A stretch of DNA of 64,000 nucleotides from Octopus bimaculoides (GCF_001194135.2 NC_068985.1:80556374-80620373), one strand, 5' to 3'; shown: positions 25,261 through 38,423, counted from the stretch's first letter. The notes: generated by a model not told the origin, from the sequence alone. Translations and numbers: made by a program.

Positions 25261-26296
25261 TATTAGATACATAAATTGAAAGAAAACTGTTCTAACTAGG
25301 GATCAAAACTTGGCTGCTGATGTATCCATTATTTTAAAAAATAAACATTGATATCTTACATTGGAATAAAGAATTCATGCTGTTTCATTAGGTTTTAGTG
25401 TGGTTATAAAATGTGATTAGACTTATAATATCAAGTCACATTTATAATATATGGTTCTTCTATTCTGTCTCAGCCCTCCCACCTCCTGTTAAGGCATTTC
25501 ATGAGTAGAGGATTGAAAAATGGCTGTCATTGAGTTGCTCCTATATCTTGTATGTGTTGCAACTGAATCCACATTCAAAACAGTTAAAACTGCATAGCAT
25601 GGAAATGTATAAATACTTCTAATACTTTTTACTTAATTACTCTACCATTTAAAATGTCACTTGACCATATTTGCTTGAAGCTGAATATATCACACATGGT
25701 ACTTATCAATGAATAGAGATCAAAATGTTCAAAGCAGTTTGATAAAACAAACAAGGCAAAGAGATAATTTTGTAAAGTCATCCCATCAATAGGAGGATTA
25801 AGGATTGGATGAAATAGTGAAAAATCATATGAGGTGGCTTGCAGTATTTTGATCTTTCCCTTTATGTGTGAAGTTCAGACCACATTTGGGTTGAATTTGT
25901 TTTTCACTTTTTTGGTGGGTTCCATAAAAAAGTATACTTTAGTTGATTCAGTTGACTACATATATTTTGGAAACTATTTAGCTTTGTGCCAGGTATTTGT
26001 TATTAAATGGAATGGATAAAATGGTAGAATACTGAACAAAATGCCTCCCAATATTTAGTTATGTAACTGTTACAGTTAAACTTTAAGTATTATAATCCCA
26101 GTATCAACTTTAGCTGTTATTCTCTCAGAGTCGACAAAATAAGTAACATATCTTTATTCTTTATTTTTGAAGTGCATGTTTTATTTTATGTAAATGAAGC
26201 ATTCAAAATGCAATATATACACATACAAACATATATGTATATATATATTTAGTTAAAGAGAGAGACGGAAGATGGAAGATATGAGAATCTTTATTG

Positions 26297-26381
26297 ATCA
26301 CTACAATTGTTTCAGCCCATCTAGCATTGATCCCTTGCAAGTGGGATACTGAACAACTGTAGATGTGTCTCCTCAGGTGAT
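26297..26381 (-). ncRNA. Type I hammerhead ribozyme fold (Penelope-associated type), partly decayed
   Basis: ATCAC-CUGAGGA-[stem II GACACATCTA...TAGATGGGCT]-GAAAC-AATT-GUA/GTGAT. Core intact; stem I ATCAC:GTGAT; palindromic stem III ACAATTGT. Confidence 0.7.
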
Positions 26382-27049
26382 TTCAAGAGGTATCTTATTA
26401 AAATAAACTCTGTTTCGTAAGATTTCTTCTTGGTCTTTGAATATAGAAATAGCAAATTAAAGAATACAGCTTCATTCTTATAGAAGATCCATAACAAATA
26501 TCAGATACAAAAAAAAAAATCAAATACACAATACAGCAAAAAAAAGTGTTAGATGTAACTATTAGTAGATATATACTTATTTTGGTTGAGTTAGTCTGTT
26601 GGTGCTCTGGAGTTTCACCTATGTACTCACAGAGTCATGTGACAAGTTATGATTCAAGAATAGTAAGAAACTGACTTGACCAATATAAAATTACTATTGA
26701 TGCCTACTATGCTGTTGAGTACTCTTTCTTCCAACAGTCAACTCTATATATATGTGAAATTGTAGTCGTGTCTGATGTCAGTGTCATGTAACTGGCACCT
26801 GTGCTGGTGGCACATAAAAGCACCTGTACTGGTAGCACATAAAAAGCACCCATTACATTCTTGGAGTGGTTGGCATTAGGAAGGGCATCCAGCTAATAGA
26901 AACCATGCCAAATCAAACTGGGACTTGGTGCAGCTTTCTGGCTTACCAGTTTCAGTCAAACCATCTAACCCATGCCAGTATGGAAAGCAGATGCTAAATG
27001 ATGATGATGATGATGATGGTGATATATTTGTGTGTGTTGTGTGTCTCTC

Positions 27050-27170
27050 TCTCCCTCCCCGCTCTCTCTCTCCCTCCCTGCTCTCTCTCTCCCTACCCGC
27101 TCTCTCTCTCCCTCCCCGCTCTCTCTCTCTCTCTCCCCGCTCTCTCTCTCCCTCCCCGTTCTCTCTCTAT
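27050..27170. repeat. (CTCCCCGCTCTCTCTCT)n minisatellite
   Basis: About 6 imperfect units visible. Confidence 0.9.
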
Positions 27171-28379
27171 ATATATTTATATTTAAAATGACATGACTAC
27201 ATCTCTTCCTCAAAATTTGTGGCCATGTGGCAGCTAAGAAATAATTCTTGATAAGCTTCTTACATATTCGTATTTTCTNNNNNNNNNNNNNNNNNNNNNN
27301 NNNNNNNNNNNNNNNNNNNNNNNNNNNNNNNNNNNNNNNNNNNNNNNNNNNNNNNNNNNNNNNNNNNNNNNNNNNNNNNNNNNNNNNNNNNNNNNNNNNN
27401 NNNNNNNNNNNNNNNNNNNNNNNNNNNNNNNNNNNNNNNNNNNNNNNNNNNNNNNNNNNNNNNNNNNNNNNNNNNNNNNNNNNNNNNNNNNNNNNNNNNN
27501 NNNNNNNNNNNNNNNNNNNNNNNNNNNNNNNNNNNNNNNNNNNNNNNNNNNNNNNNNNNNNNNNNNNNNNNNNNNNNNNNNNNNNNNNNNNNNNNNNNNN
27601 NNNNNNNNNNNNNNNNNNNNNNNNNNNNNNNNNNNNNNNNNNNNNNNNNNNNNNNNNNNNNNNNNNNNNNNNNNNNNNNNNNNNNNNNNNNNNNNNNNNN
27701 NNNNNNNNNNNNNNNNNNNNNNNNNNNNNNNNNNNNNNNNNNNNNNNNNNNNNNNNNNNNNNNNNNNNNNNNNNNNNNNNNNNNNNNNNNNNNNNNNNNN
27801 NNNNNNNNNNNNNNNNNNNNNNNNNNNNNNNNNNNNNNNNNNNNNNNNNNNNNNNNNNNNNNNNNNNNNNNNNCAAGAGTGAGTTGAGTTTGGTGAAATT
27901 CATTCCTTTCAACTTTATGGTTGTTATTTAACCCCACTCCATGTACAGATCAAGTGTTCTGCCATAATCCATCCATCTTTCTTTCAGACACAGTCTATCT
28001 GTGACTACATTATCCAATGTGGGCTTCTTTCAAGATGTTAGAAAGAGCAACCATATCAGTGGGTTCCTTTTTGATTCACCAAGTTCTGTAGGCCTATCTG
28101 AGTCCTGACCATACAGAATTATTGCATGTCAGTTAATTCATAGTTCTAGATATGCTATATTCTGTCTAATTGGGAATTTCATTTTACATTTTGACATGTA
28201 CTGGTTAATAGCAGTGTAAAAGGTTGATAGTAACATTGAGACTTTAGTCTCTCTCTATCACCTTTCAACAAAAATATATATTAGGAACAGTAAAACAGAG
28301 GCAGGTGTGAATAACTAACAACATAATAGAATAAGTTTTATTTTGGTGATGCTTGGCTTTACAAAACCTGTATAATTCA

Positions 28380-28620
28380 ACCTGGTCGCCGCTGGTTAAC
28401 TTGTAATCAGCATCTGAAGATTAAGAGCTTCGTTGAGGCATCCCAGTGGAGCAAGTTGTTGTCACGTTGAAGGCATCATGCTAAAGAGGCTTAGAAAACG
28501 CGCAAAGCACTTTAAGTACTGGTTTACTACGCATGCGCACTCGAGGGGCTTCCGGGAAGGCAAGTCCCTTGCGCATGCATAGATTGCACTTCTTTAATGG
28601 CTACCATAATTTTGCGCCAC
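28380..28620. promoter_or_regulatory. Orphan CpG-rich promoter-like element with inverted NRF1 sites flanking an ETS palindrome
   Basis: About 12 CpG in 240 bp; ACGCATGCGCA (28529-28539), CTTCCGGGAAG (28549-28559), TGCGCATGCAT (28570-28580). Confidence 0.6.
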
Positions 28621-29245
28621 TACACATGTGATCCCACATGGAACACTAGATTTGTTCTCTGAATTCTTGGTCATTGTTGATTCCCAACTTGCCATTCTGA
28701 GAAAATTATGAAAATCAAAACTCTATTTTCCCCACTTCTACCAATATTTTAGATCTAATATTTATGTAACAAGAATGGCTTCTTTATGTACAGGAACATA
28801 ATTTATTTGTTACATTAATAAGAAAGGTGTTCATGCAATACAGTTAATGGAAACATTCAGATGAAACAATATACAAAAAGTCTTTGTTAGAAATTCTGCC
28901 ATAGTGTGTCTTCTTTGATCATTCCAGACTGAATATGCAGCTGTGAAAATAGCTACTAGGACAGTGTACACCAACTTGACCTGAAACACTGAATTTTCGG
29001 TGCTCAATTTGGCTGTATTTGTAGGCCTCACTCATGGAAAGTTCTAATCCGGCCACTGAACTATCATGTGAATAATGGGCATTCATTGAATAAAGTCTCA
29101 GTTGTGCACATGTTTGAATTGTGATTTCTATGTGGCAAAACATGAGTTTGAATCCAATGCTATATCTATGTCACCCCAGTATTTGACTACTAATTATTTT
29201 TTGTGAGGGTTGATAAAATAATTAGCACTTAAGTGGTGAAATTGA

Positions 29246-29462
29246 TTAACCCTTTTGATACCAACCTGCCCGAGACTACTAGTTTTATCATACACTCATC
29301 ATGTTTTTAAATAATCTAAATTAAACTATGAATCAAAATTTCATATTGTTTCAAACACCAGCTTAGTAATGACAAAAATATTCTAAATTCTACATTATTT
29401 TCAAAATTAATTGTAACAAAGGCACTGTACAGTAACAGAAATATTGTAAGCAAAAGAGTTAA
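29246..29462. mobile_element. piggyBac-like TTAA MITE
   Basis: TTAA-CCCTTTTG ... CAAAAGAG-TTAA termini. Confidence 0.6.
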
Positions 29463-30059
29463 ACCAATTATGCTCTTTCTTCCATATTTTAGCTAAGTGC
29501 AGAAATAATGACATGCTTATTACCAGTGTTATAATTTTTATAAAATGTTTTTAAAAGATTAATTGGTATTTTCGAGCGAAAAACTATTGTTTGTTATACC
29601 AATACGTGTTGATTTACGTAAATAAACGAGCAGATGGGTTTGTTTCGAGCATATCCTCTTTAAACTATGCCCACAAGGAAAGCTCAATTTAGTCTTACAA
29701 AAAAATAAAATATTTGTCAGATGCAGAAATTTTTGTTAATATTGCTTGTTTAAATTTCTTATTTGTCTATACAATTTAAGTCATAGAGGTACCAGCTTCG
29801 AGTTCAAATGTGATTAAAGTGGAAATTTATTTAGAAGTCTGGAATTAATTGTTATGGAGCGTCAATTAAATTTATTTGATTTGCAACAGCGAACTTTAAA
29901 GGGAAATAACTCTCATAGATTAGTAGTTTCCCCTTATGTAACAAGGGAGATAATAAGGCCAACTTATTAGAGATTTGTCTCTCTTACTTTCCACTTCATA
30001 TTTGTATACAAATTGTCTGTCTGTCAGTCTGTCAGTCACTCTCTTTCTTCCCCTCTCTT

Positions 30060-30092
<33 letters not shown>

Positions 30093-30159
30093 TTATATAA
30101 ATATATAAGGAGAGAAAAATAAATATATTGCATATAAATATAATGTATATTAATCACAT

Positions 30160-30306
30160 AGGCGCAGGAGTGATTGTGTGACCAACCACATTGTTCGGGT
30201 TCATTCCCACTGCGTGGAACCTTGGGCAAGTGTCTTCTACTATAGCCTTGGGCCGACCAAAGCTTTGTGAGTGGATTTGGTAGACGGAAACTGAAAGAAG
30301 CCCGTC

Positions 30307-30358
<52 letters not shown>

Positions 30359-30570
30359 CTGTGTTTGTCCCCTCAGCATCGTTTGACAACCGATGGTGGT
30401 GTGTTCACGTCCCCGTAACTTAGCGGTTCGACAAAAGAGACTGATAGAATAAGTACTAGGCTTCCAAAGAATAAGTCCTGGGGTCGATTTGCTCGACTAA
30501 AAGGCGGTGCTCCAGCATGGCCGCAGTCAAATGACTGAAACAAGTAAAAGAGTAAAAGAGTAAAAGAGTA
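30160..30570 (+). mobile_element. Young SINE family A (short deletion in head)
   Basis: CpG-rich complete body, long internal (TA)n, (AAAAGAGT)3 tail. Confidence 0.9.
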
Positions 30571-30661
30571 TAGTTCATGTATGTCTATATATGTTTACAC
30601 ACACACGTACACATGCGTATGTGTATATATATTGCATGCATATATGCGTATGAATGTATAC

Positions 30662-31052
30662 CTTTTACCTTTCACTTGTTTCAATCATTTGACTGTGGTG
30701 ATGCTGGAGTTGAAGGGTTTTAAGCCATAGGACAAATCAACCTCAGCACTTATTTTTAAGCCTTGTACTTTTTCTATCGGTGTCTTTTGCTGAATTGCTA
30801 AGTTACAGGAATGTAAACAGACCAGCACCGGTTGTCAAGCAGTGATGGTAGTGGTGGGGAACACAGACACAAAGACACACACACACACATATATACAATA
30901 GGCTTCTTTCAGTTTCCATCAGCCAAATCCACTCACGAGGCTTTGGTCGGCCAAAGGCTATAGTAGAAGACACTTGCCCATGGTTTCACACAGTTATTCT
31001 GAATCAAGAAGTATGTGATTGGGAAGTAAGCTTCTTACCATACAGCCACATC
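30662..31052 (-). mobile_element. SINE family A, older copy
   Basis: Reverse-complement match to the family A body; lies tail-to-tail with the 30160 copy. Confidence 0.8.
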
Positions 31053-31132
31053 TGATGTATATATATATATATTACCATCATTATCATCATTGTTTAATGT
31101 CCATCTTCCATTAAACGATGATAATGATGATG

Positions 31133-31168
<36 letters not shown>

Positions 31169-31244
31169 CAGATGTGGCTGTGTGCTAAGACGCTTATTTC
31201 CCAACCTCATAGTTCTTGGTTCCACTGTGTGGTACCATGGGCAA

Positions 31245-31278
<34 letters not shown>

Positions 31279-32164
31279 TTTTTGGATTTGGTTTGCAAGA
31301 TTTTTTATGTGATTTCATGTGTTGAAGCATATTCTGTTGTGTCTGGGGAGAGTCATTTTCTTATTGTGCCTTAAAATTTAACACACTCACAGGTAAAATT
31401 TCCACTTATTTTTCTTTTTATTTTCCTAAAATTTTCGTTGATCTTGCAACCTGATAATTTTAAGGCACAATAANNNNNNNNNNNNNNNNNNNNNNNNNNN
31501 NNNNNNNNNNNNNNNNNNNNNNNNNNNNNNNNNNNNNNNNNNNNNNNNNNNNNNNNNNNNNNNNNNNNNNNNNNNNNNNNNNNNNNNNNNNNNNNNNNNN
31601 NNNNNNNNNNNTATATATATATATAACAATAATTTAAGCACAGAAAATATGGTATGGTATTTTATGTATTATAATAAGTATATGTGTTTCTTGAAATTAA
31701 CTACCAGGATTACATATTTGCTTGTTGGAACATGATATAATCTTATTAAATCACCTCCTGAGTGTCTAGCAGAATTTGCTAAGAATTGTGTTAAGTACTC
31801 AATATCTATTCCCATTATGCAAATTATCAGTGGAATGCATGAACTTAGGTCACAGTGTAGTAGGAAGCACAGGAAGTTTGAGGCTATGATTTTTCATATC
31901 TAAGTGAGCAGATATATTTACACACTTGTTCAACTCACAATCATTCCCAATGTATGCCTTATAAACCACTCTGCGGGGTGGTTGGTGCTAAGAAGGGCAT
32001 CCAGCTGCAAAACCCATACCAAAACAATTACAGAAGTCTGGTGCAGTCTTCTGCCTGGCCAGCTCCTGTCAAACCGTCCAATCCATGCCAACATGGAAGA
32101 TGAACATTAAACAATGATGATGATATATATATCATTGGCCACACATACTCAATATATGTGCTCT

Positions 32165-32504
32165 GCTTGTTTGCTGGTAGGTTGCAATTGGTGCAGTGGG
32201 GATGACTCCCTCAAAGCACCGAGTATTAAAGCACCTGAAAGTCATAGGCAGGTGAGGCAACTTGCCCCAAATCCCATTCAAGGGCGAAGGACATCGATGT
32301 TTCATTGTTCAGCTCACCTCCAATTTGGTTCCAGTACGTGATGTTGATAAGCCATAGAAATGGTGAAACATTGATGCCAATTGCTCCTGAATGGGATTTG
32401 GGGTAAGTTGTCTTGCCTGCCTATGACTGTCAGGTGTTTTAACACCCAACACTAAGGGAGAGTCATCCCCACTGCACCAAATTGCAGCCTACTGATAAAC
32501 AAGC
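32165..32504. mobile_element. Fold-back MITE, about 340 bp
   Basis: GTAGGTTGCAATTGGTGCAGTGGGGATGACTCCCT... / ...AGGGAGAGTCATCCCCACTGCACCAAATTGCAGCCTAC; arms are about 135 bp and imperfect. Confidence 0.75.
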
Positions 32505-32719
32505 AAGGTACATACATTGAGTATATGTGGTCGATAATGTTTATAACACTAGCACTGCTTCTAATTCATTATTGAACTTATATATACACACAATCTTGCT
32601 GTGATCCATATTGCATTTCATTCTTCATACAGCATATACTGTGGTTGATTCTATTGACTGTACCATACTATCAAAATATTTGTATTTGTGCTAGTTTGCA
32701 GCATGTATATCATGTGACT

Positions 32720-32915
32720 GAAGCAGTTAAGGTGCCCACTAAAGGTGGTAGTATTGTGTTTGTTCATGTGCTGACATATCGTGCATTGCTTCATTTTGTA
32801 TGTGATTTGAAAGCTACATAGATGAATGTGCAACATAGTCTAATTTGGGAACTTATGCTTTATGAATTTGAGCTGGGTCATAACACTGCAGAAGCAATCA
32901 AAATATTTGTTCATC
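32720..32915 (+). mobile_element. mariner 5' fragment
   Basis: Translates as MNVQHSLIWELMLYEFELGHNTAEAIK, the N-terminal mariner HTH motif (EF.LGH.A.EA). Confidence 0.65.
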
Positions 32916-34620
32916 AGATTGTGACTGCGAAAAGTCAGTAGAGGGCCTAAATAAGTACTTCCATTTATGACTAATTAGTCTAGCTTGTGAAAGACAAATA
33001 TGGTTATAGATATCACAAGTTAGGAGAGAACGATTATTGGCCACAAGTAAACCTTTTCTTGCTTCTCTTTTTATCAGTGCATGTTTCTGTTTATTATCTT
33101 CAAAAAAGGCAGCACCTTCTCGGATTTTTCTCCTCCATTTTGATTGGACCATTGCATCACTCAATCTGTTTGCATGTATTGTTTTGAAATTCTTTTGAGA
33201 GCTACTTATTAAAATATCTGAAATGCATATTTGGTTTACATTGAGGCCTATTTGCTCCTTTCATCTAATCGTATAACAGTTGTTTGGGCTTGTGTTAATC
33301 AGATTCCCAGATGGCCAGTCCAGCAAAGTCTATGCTAATGATTTTCAGTTTCAATGCTATCCTCACAGTCAAGTACTCAGAATCTGGTACTTTGTGCACC
33401 CATTTGATTTTCAGTATAGAGCATGAACATTGCTGATGAAATCACTCTTGTAATCACTCTAGTAATTTCTTATGTATTACCCTTGCCTTACATAAGTAAA
33501 GAAGGGATGAAAGCACACAAGTCCTGTACACTGCAATCTTTGTGTTTTTGGTAATATCTCAATTAGGCCAAACTTGCCCTTCAAAAATTCTTGAAAGCTT
33601 GAGATGCTTTTAGAAGATGGCTTGCTATTTCATCATGTAAAGAACAAACACAATTCATCACACTTCCATGATATGTAAATTTATCTACAACATTCAGTTT
33701 TGTGTTTTGAAGAAAAATGTAAAGATGTTATTCTTATAGCTTTAAAACAAGTGCTTTTTTTTTGTGAGAGAATAAAACTTTTTAGCATCATAACAATCAG
33801 CAGCTGATTGAATATCTTTTGACAAATCCCTCCTCCAATTTTCTTTCTTACCCCTTATTGCTCTCTGTATCTCTGCTTTAACTCATTTTTAGCTCGTCTT
33901 GTATTTTTTTGCTTCTAATAGAGCATAAACTATTCTGAAGAAGTGACTTTCTGAGTGCAGACTTATGCTCAAGTAGCAGAGTCATCTCTGTATTATTTTC
34001 ATCAAGCCAATCCTGATTATTAGTATTTTGAAAACCAAGGAATTCAGAAGAGATATCATATAACTTGTTTTGTTGTTCACCTATAAAGATGGATCCTGAA
34101 TTGATGAAAGATGTATCTATAGAATATTTTTGTAGTTTGTTAGCAAGAATGACTGTTTTATGCATAGGACAAGCTCTTGCATTATCAGCTAATGTGCAAA
34201 CATTCCAACAAGAAATCTTTAGTCCTATTGTTGGCTAGCATTTGCATTACTGATTCTGTTGTTTCAAGTACTGTATGGACATCTGCCAGCTTTGCTAAAC
34301 TGACCAGATATTTTTTGAGGTAAGCAATTTTTGTGTTACCTTTTCTAAACCCTTCCAAATACATTGGTGAGTAGCACTGCCCCCCCCCCCCCAAAAAAAA
34401 ACCTACTCAGACACCTAATGGAGAAACCAAATTCCACCATTATCTTGAGTTGATGAGGAAGCAACTTTACACCTACCAAAAAGGCTGCTTGTGAGCAGGT
34501 TGGTAACTAGATACCACCAACCTCTCAGGTGTGTACCAGATGTCACCTTTTGTGACACAAAAAGGTAGAAGGACATGCAAAAATTACAAAAGAACATAAA
34601 TGGACAATAAGGCATAATGA
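32900..34620 (-). mobile_element. Fragmented RTE LINE (5' region, inter-domain region and 3' end)
   Basis: NQDWLDENNTEM (RTE QDWFDEN motif) and SKWRRKIREGAAFFE...CDIYNHICLSQARLISH remnants. Confidence 0.65.
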
Positions 34621-34960
34621 TGAAGACACAAAATGTTAACAATGATGTTAGAAAGGCCTGTGCAGAATTTAAGTCTTCTGCAATTTGCATTGCAAAAACT
34701 TTCTCTATTAATGCTAAGTGCTCCGAAGACAAACCGAAGCTAGATGTTTGGCTCGGCAATTCTAGTAGCCTTATGAATATAAAACATAAAATATATAAAG
34801 ACTATAGAGTACATAATACACACACACACACATACATATATATTTTACATATATGTTGATGCTAGTATTGAACAGTGAGAATGAGTGCTCAACATCACAT
34901 TGGTAGGTATATATTCTTTATATGCAGATCAGCTATGGACCTAATGGTTTCACAAAGGTG

Positions 34961-35045
<85 letters not shown>

Positions 35046-35056
35046 GTGTATATATA

Positions 35057-35300
35057 GGAGCACTCCATGAGTTACGATGACGAGGGTCCCAGCTGATATG
35101 ATAAATGGAACAGTGTGACACAGTGTATGACAGGGCTGGCCCTTTGAAATACAGGTACTACTCATTTTTGCCAGCTGAGTGGACTGGAACAATGTGAAAT
35201 AAAGTGTCTTGCTCAAAGGCACAACACGCCGGGAATAATTGAACTCACGACCTTATGATTGTAAGCTGAATGCCCTAACCGTTAAGCTATGCGCCTTCAC
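35057..35300 (-). mobile_element. tRNA-headed SINE family D
   Basis: Head GGCGCATAGCTTAACGGTTAGGG; its 3' end is shared with the family at 45186. Confidence 0.75.
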
Positions 35301-35599
35301 GATATATATATAGTTATATATGGAAGGACAGTGACCTCAAATGATAATGACTTGTCTGACCCATGCTTGCATGGAAAGTGGATGAAATATGGATTTGAGC
35401 CAAAATTTGAAACCATTATGTTGAGGATAATGGAGAAAGATACACATGAAATGATTTTTGGTATTTCAATTGTATACTATGTTTTTGTGAGGAAGAGAAG
35501 ATGAAATAGCTTAAAGTGAGATCATAACAGGTTCTTTTGCCAAGTTATATTACATCATCAAAAAAAGATTTTGGCATCATTTGTGATTGCTAAGAAAAT

Positions 35600-36070
35600 A
35601 CTGTAAGAACAAGTTGTTATATCCATCTATCCTATCCATTTTCCCCATCCATTAATTATTCCTGGGAGGGGCATGGAGGTAGAGTCCTCAGGCACCCTCC
35701 TTAATAGGGTCCTATCAGAAGCAACTGTCATTAGATTTTCTTGCTGGATTCCCAAGTATGACCAACTAAAACTATGGATATTATCCGTCCATTTCATTCT
35801 CAGTGTACTCCTTGGTGTCGTTTCAGTTTGCTTAGCTTGAAGAATCCATCTTGCAATTCTTTTCTGCAACACTCCAATCCATTATACCAGAGCTGTGACC
35901 TCTTGATGCAGTGAAATAGTGGCTTGATTTGGTGAGACTCCCTGATCTTTGAGCTATTCACCATGTTGAGTAGCTTTACTCTAAAGATCCTTTAGAGGAA
36001 CCTCAATTTGACCGCTTGTCTTTGTGGTCATACCCTTTTGGTCATTACTCAACATTCATGACCATAGATT
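35600..36070 (-). mobile_element. Decayed RTE (Expander-like) LINE 3' remnant
   Basis: RIARWILQAK...PRSTLRMKWTDNI; same type as 4740-5150. Confidence 0.55.
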
Positions 36071-37464
36071 TCTCTGTCCTTCTTAACTGTTGTTGTTTAA
36101 ATTTAGGAAAGATGGCTCTGGTTGAATAGACCACTGATCAAAAACCTTGTAACCAAGACCATCCTGTCTTCTTTTTTTTTTTCACCAACAGTGTAACTAA
36201 GATTACGTTATCCAATGTGTCCTTCCATTTTTGAAGACAATAGGGTGTGATACGTAGGGGACGTGGTTTCTGTTTCTAGCGGATCAACTGACCACATAGA
36301 AACTCTCACTGGATCACATTTTGTTATATTTCTGAGCAACACACCTTATTTTACTTGTTGCTGTTCATGCTGTTAGTGTAAGTAGGTACTAGATATAGGC
36401 TTGTTATCCATGATATATCAGTGACCAATGATAGGGAAGATTTCTCTTCATTATGAAATATTTGAAAGTTTTGGTGTATTGGTATACTCTAGTTTTCTCT
36501 TATTTTGCTGTTAAGATGTCACAGTTTTGTTTTATTATTGTTGTTGTTATTGTTTATACCACTTCATTTCAGTTTCCTTGCAGTCTTATAATTCTTCTTC
36601 TAAATCGCAGGAGGCTTGTAAAATTTTGGTTCTTGGTTTCACTTTAATAGTACTAAGTGAACAGATGATAAATCTTTCTCTCTGGAAAGGACACCAATGC
36701 AACACAGACAACATTTCTGATTGATTTGGTACCTACTTCCATATTCTGTCCACACATGCATGCACACACACACGCACGCACACCACTAGGAAATTTCAAC
36801 TTGTGATTTTTGAGCAAGTAGCTTAGTTTAGTTCCTTTTTCATTTGGATATTTTACTAATATATCCCTACCAGAATTTTTTTTCGTTTTGTTTTGCAAGG
36901 GAGTAGAAGCAGAATAGATGTTATGGGAGTATGTTATAGGAGTAGATTTAATAGGAGTAGATTTAATAGTGTATGTTGCATCTAACTTTGTTATTATGAA
37001 TAGGATCTAGGTCTTCAGAGAATACTATCGGCAATGTACTGACTTTCTATACAAAGTGAGATTTATCTCTCATTGGCTTAATGCAGTGACACTAGAGCAA
37101 GACAGCGGTCAGAATATTCTTGTCTTATTTATATATGTATTTATTCATAGATATGTATATTTATTCATAGAGCTAAAATTTCTAATGCTATATTCATTTG
37201 ATCAGTTCTGTCAATTTGCTTCCACTTAAAAAAAAAAAGAATAAAATAAAATAAAAAAGTAGAAAGCAAGCAAACTGAAATCAAAACAAACAAAAACAGT
37301 CTTTCAAAATTGCACACATCCAGCCTTCACCGCATCTCCCACTGAAGCTATGTGTTGATTCAATCATGATAAATGAAGGAATTTGATGAAAGATTTAGCA
37401 GTCATCAGACATTTCTTGTTAGAAGTAAAAATATATGTATGTGATTTTAAAATATTCTTATTGT

Positions 37465-37534
<70 letters not shown>

Positions 37535-38384
37535 AGTGTGTATATATGATGTGGGGTGGTGGGTAGTGGTGGAAAAAAGTAGTACGCTGGAGTAGATGCT
37601 CTTGCAGAACTGCATTTCATTTATTTGTCTATGATATAATTTGTCTTTCATCTCTGCAAATTATGAGCCATGGACAAGTGATGCTTATAAAGGATGACAG
37701 TTGTGTGAAGTGGTAATGCATTCCAAGTGGAGGGAGCTTGCAGGAGATATGAAGAGAAGTGGTGACTGCTAATCTCAGACTTCTGAATCTCATGAAGGAA
37801 ATGGCAAAGGGCCATAATAAGTGGTGGATTGTTGTAACGGCATTGCCCCTTCAAACCCATGCATACATAGAAAACAGATGTATGTAGAATGTTAATGATT
37901 CCATGACTAGTTCTTCTCCAGCTCCTATTTTGGCCATTTCAAAGTTATGTGTCTTGACCAATGATAATACAATGCAACACCTGTAGCAAGGCACTAATTG
38001 CTGACATTCTTGGTTTGCTGACCATCTGTGTATTCCCATTGAATTTAATGACTTATACAGGGAGACATGGCTGGGTGGTTAAGAAGTGTGCAACCACATG
38101 ATTCTAGATTAAGTCCCACTGCATGCCATCCAGCAAGTGTCTTTTGCTATAAGCCCAAGCTGATAAAATTGTGAGAGTAGATTTGACAGGCAGAAACTGA
38201 AAAAAGAAGTCTGTCACATAAATACACATGTATGTTTGTGTGCTCTTGTTTTGACATTGCTTGCTAATTTGTAAACAAATATCACCTTCATGTAAGTGGT
38301 ATTATTTGTTTGTAATTTTCTGAGAAAACATGTCTGGACTGGTAGGAAGTATTATTTTGCTTGGAAACAGGGAAAAGTTGGTGT

Positions 38385-38423
<39 letters not shown>

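Noticed and set aside
28395-28480. C/D snoRNA or U4/U6-like reading of the minus strand
   Set aside because: Imperfect C box, no terminal stem, and only a 9-nt resemblance to the U4 5' end.
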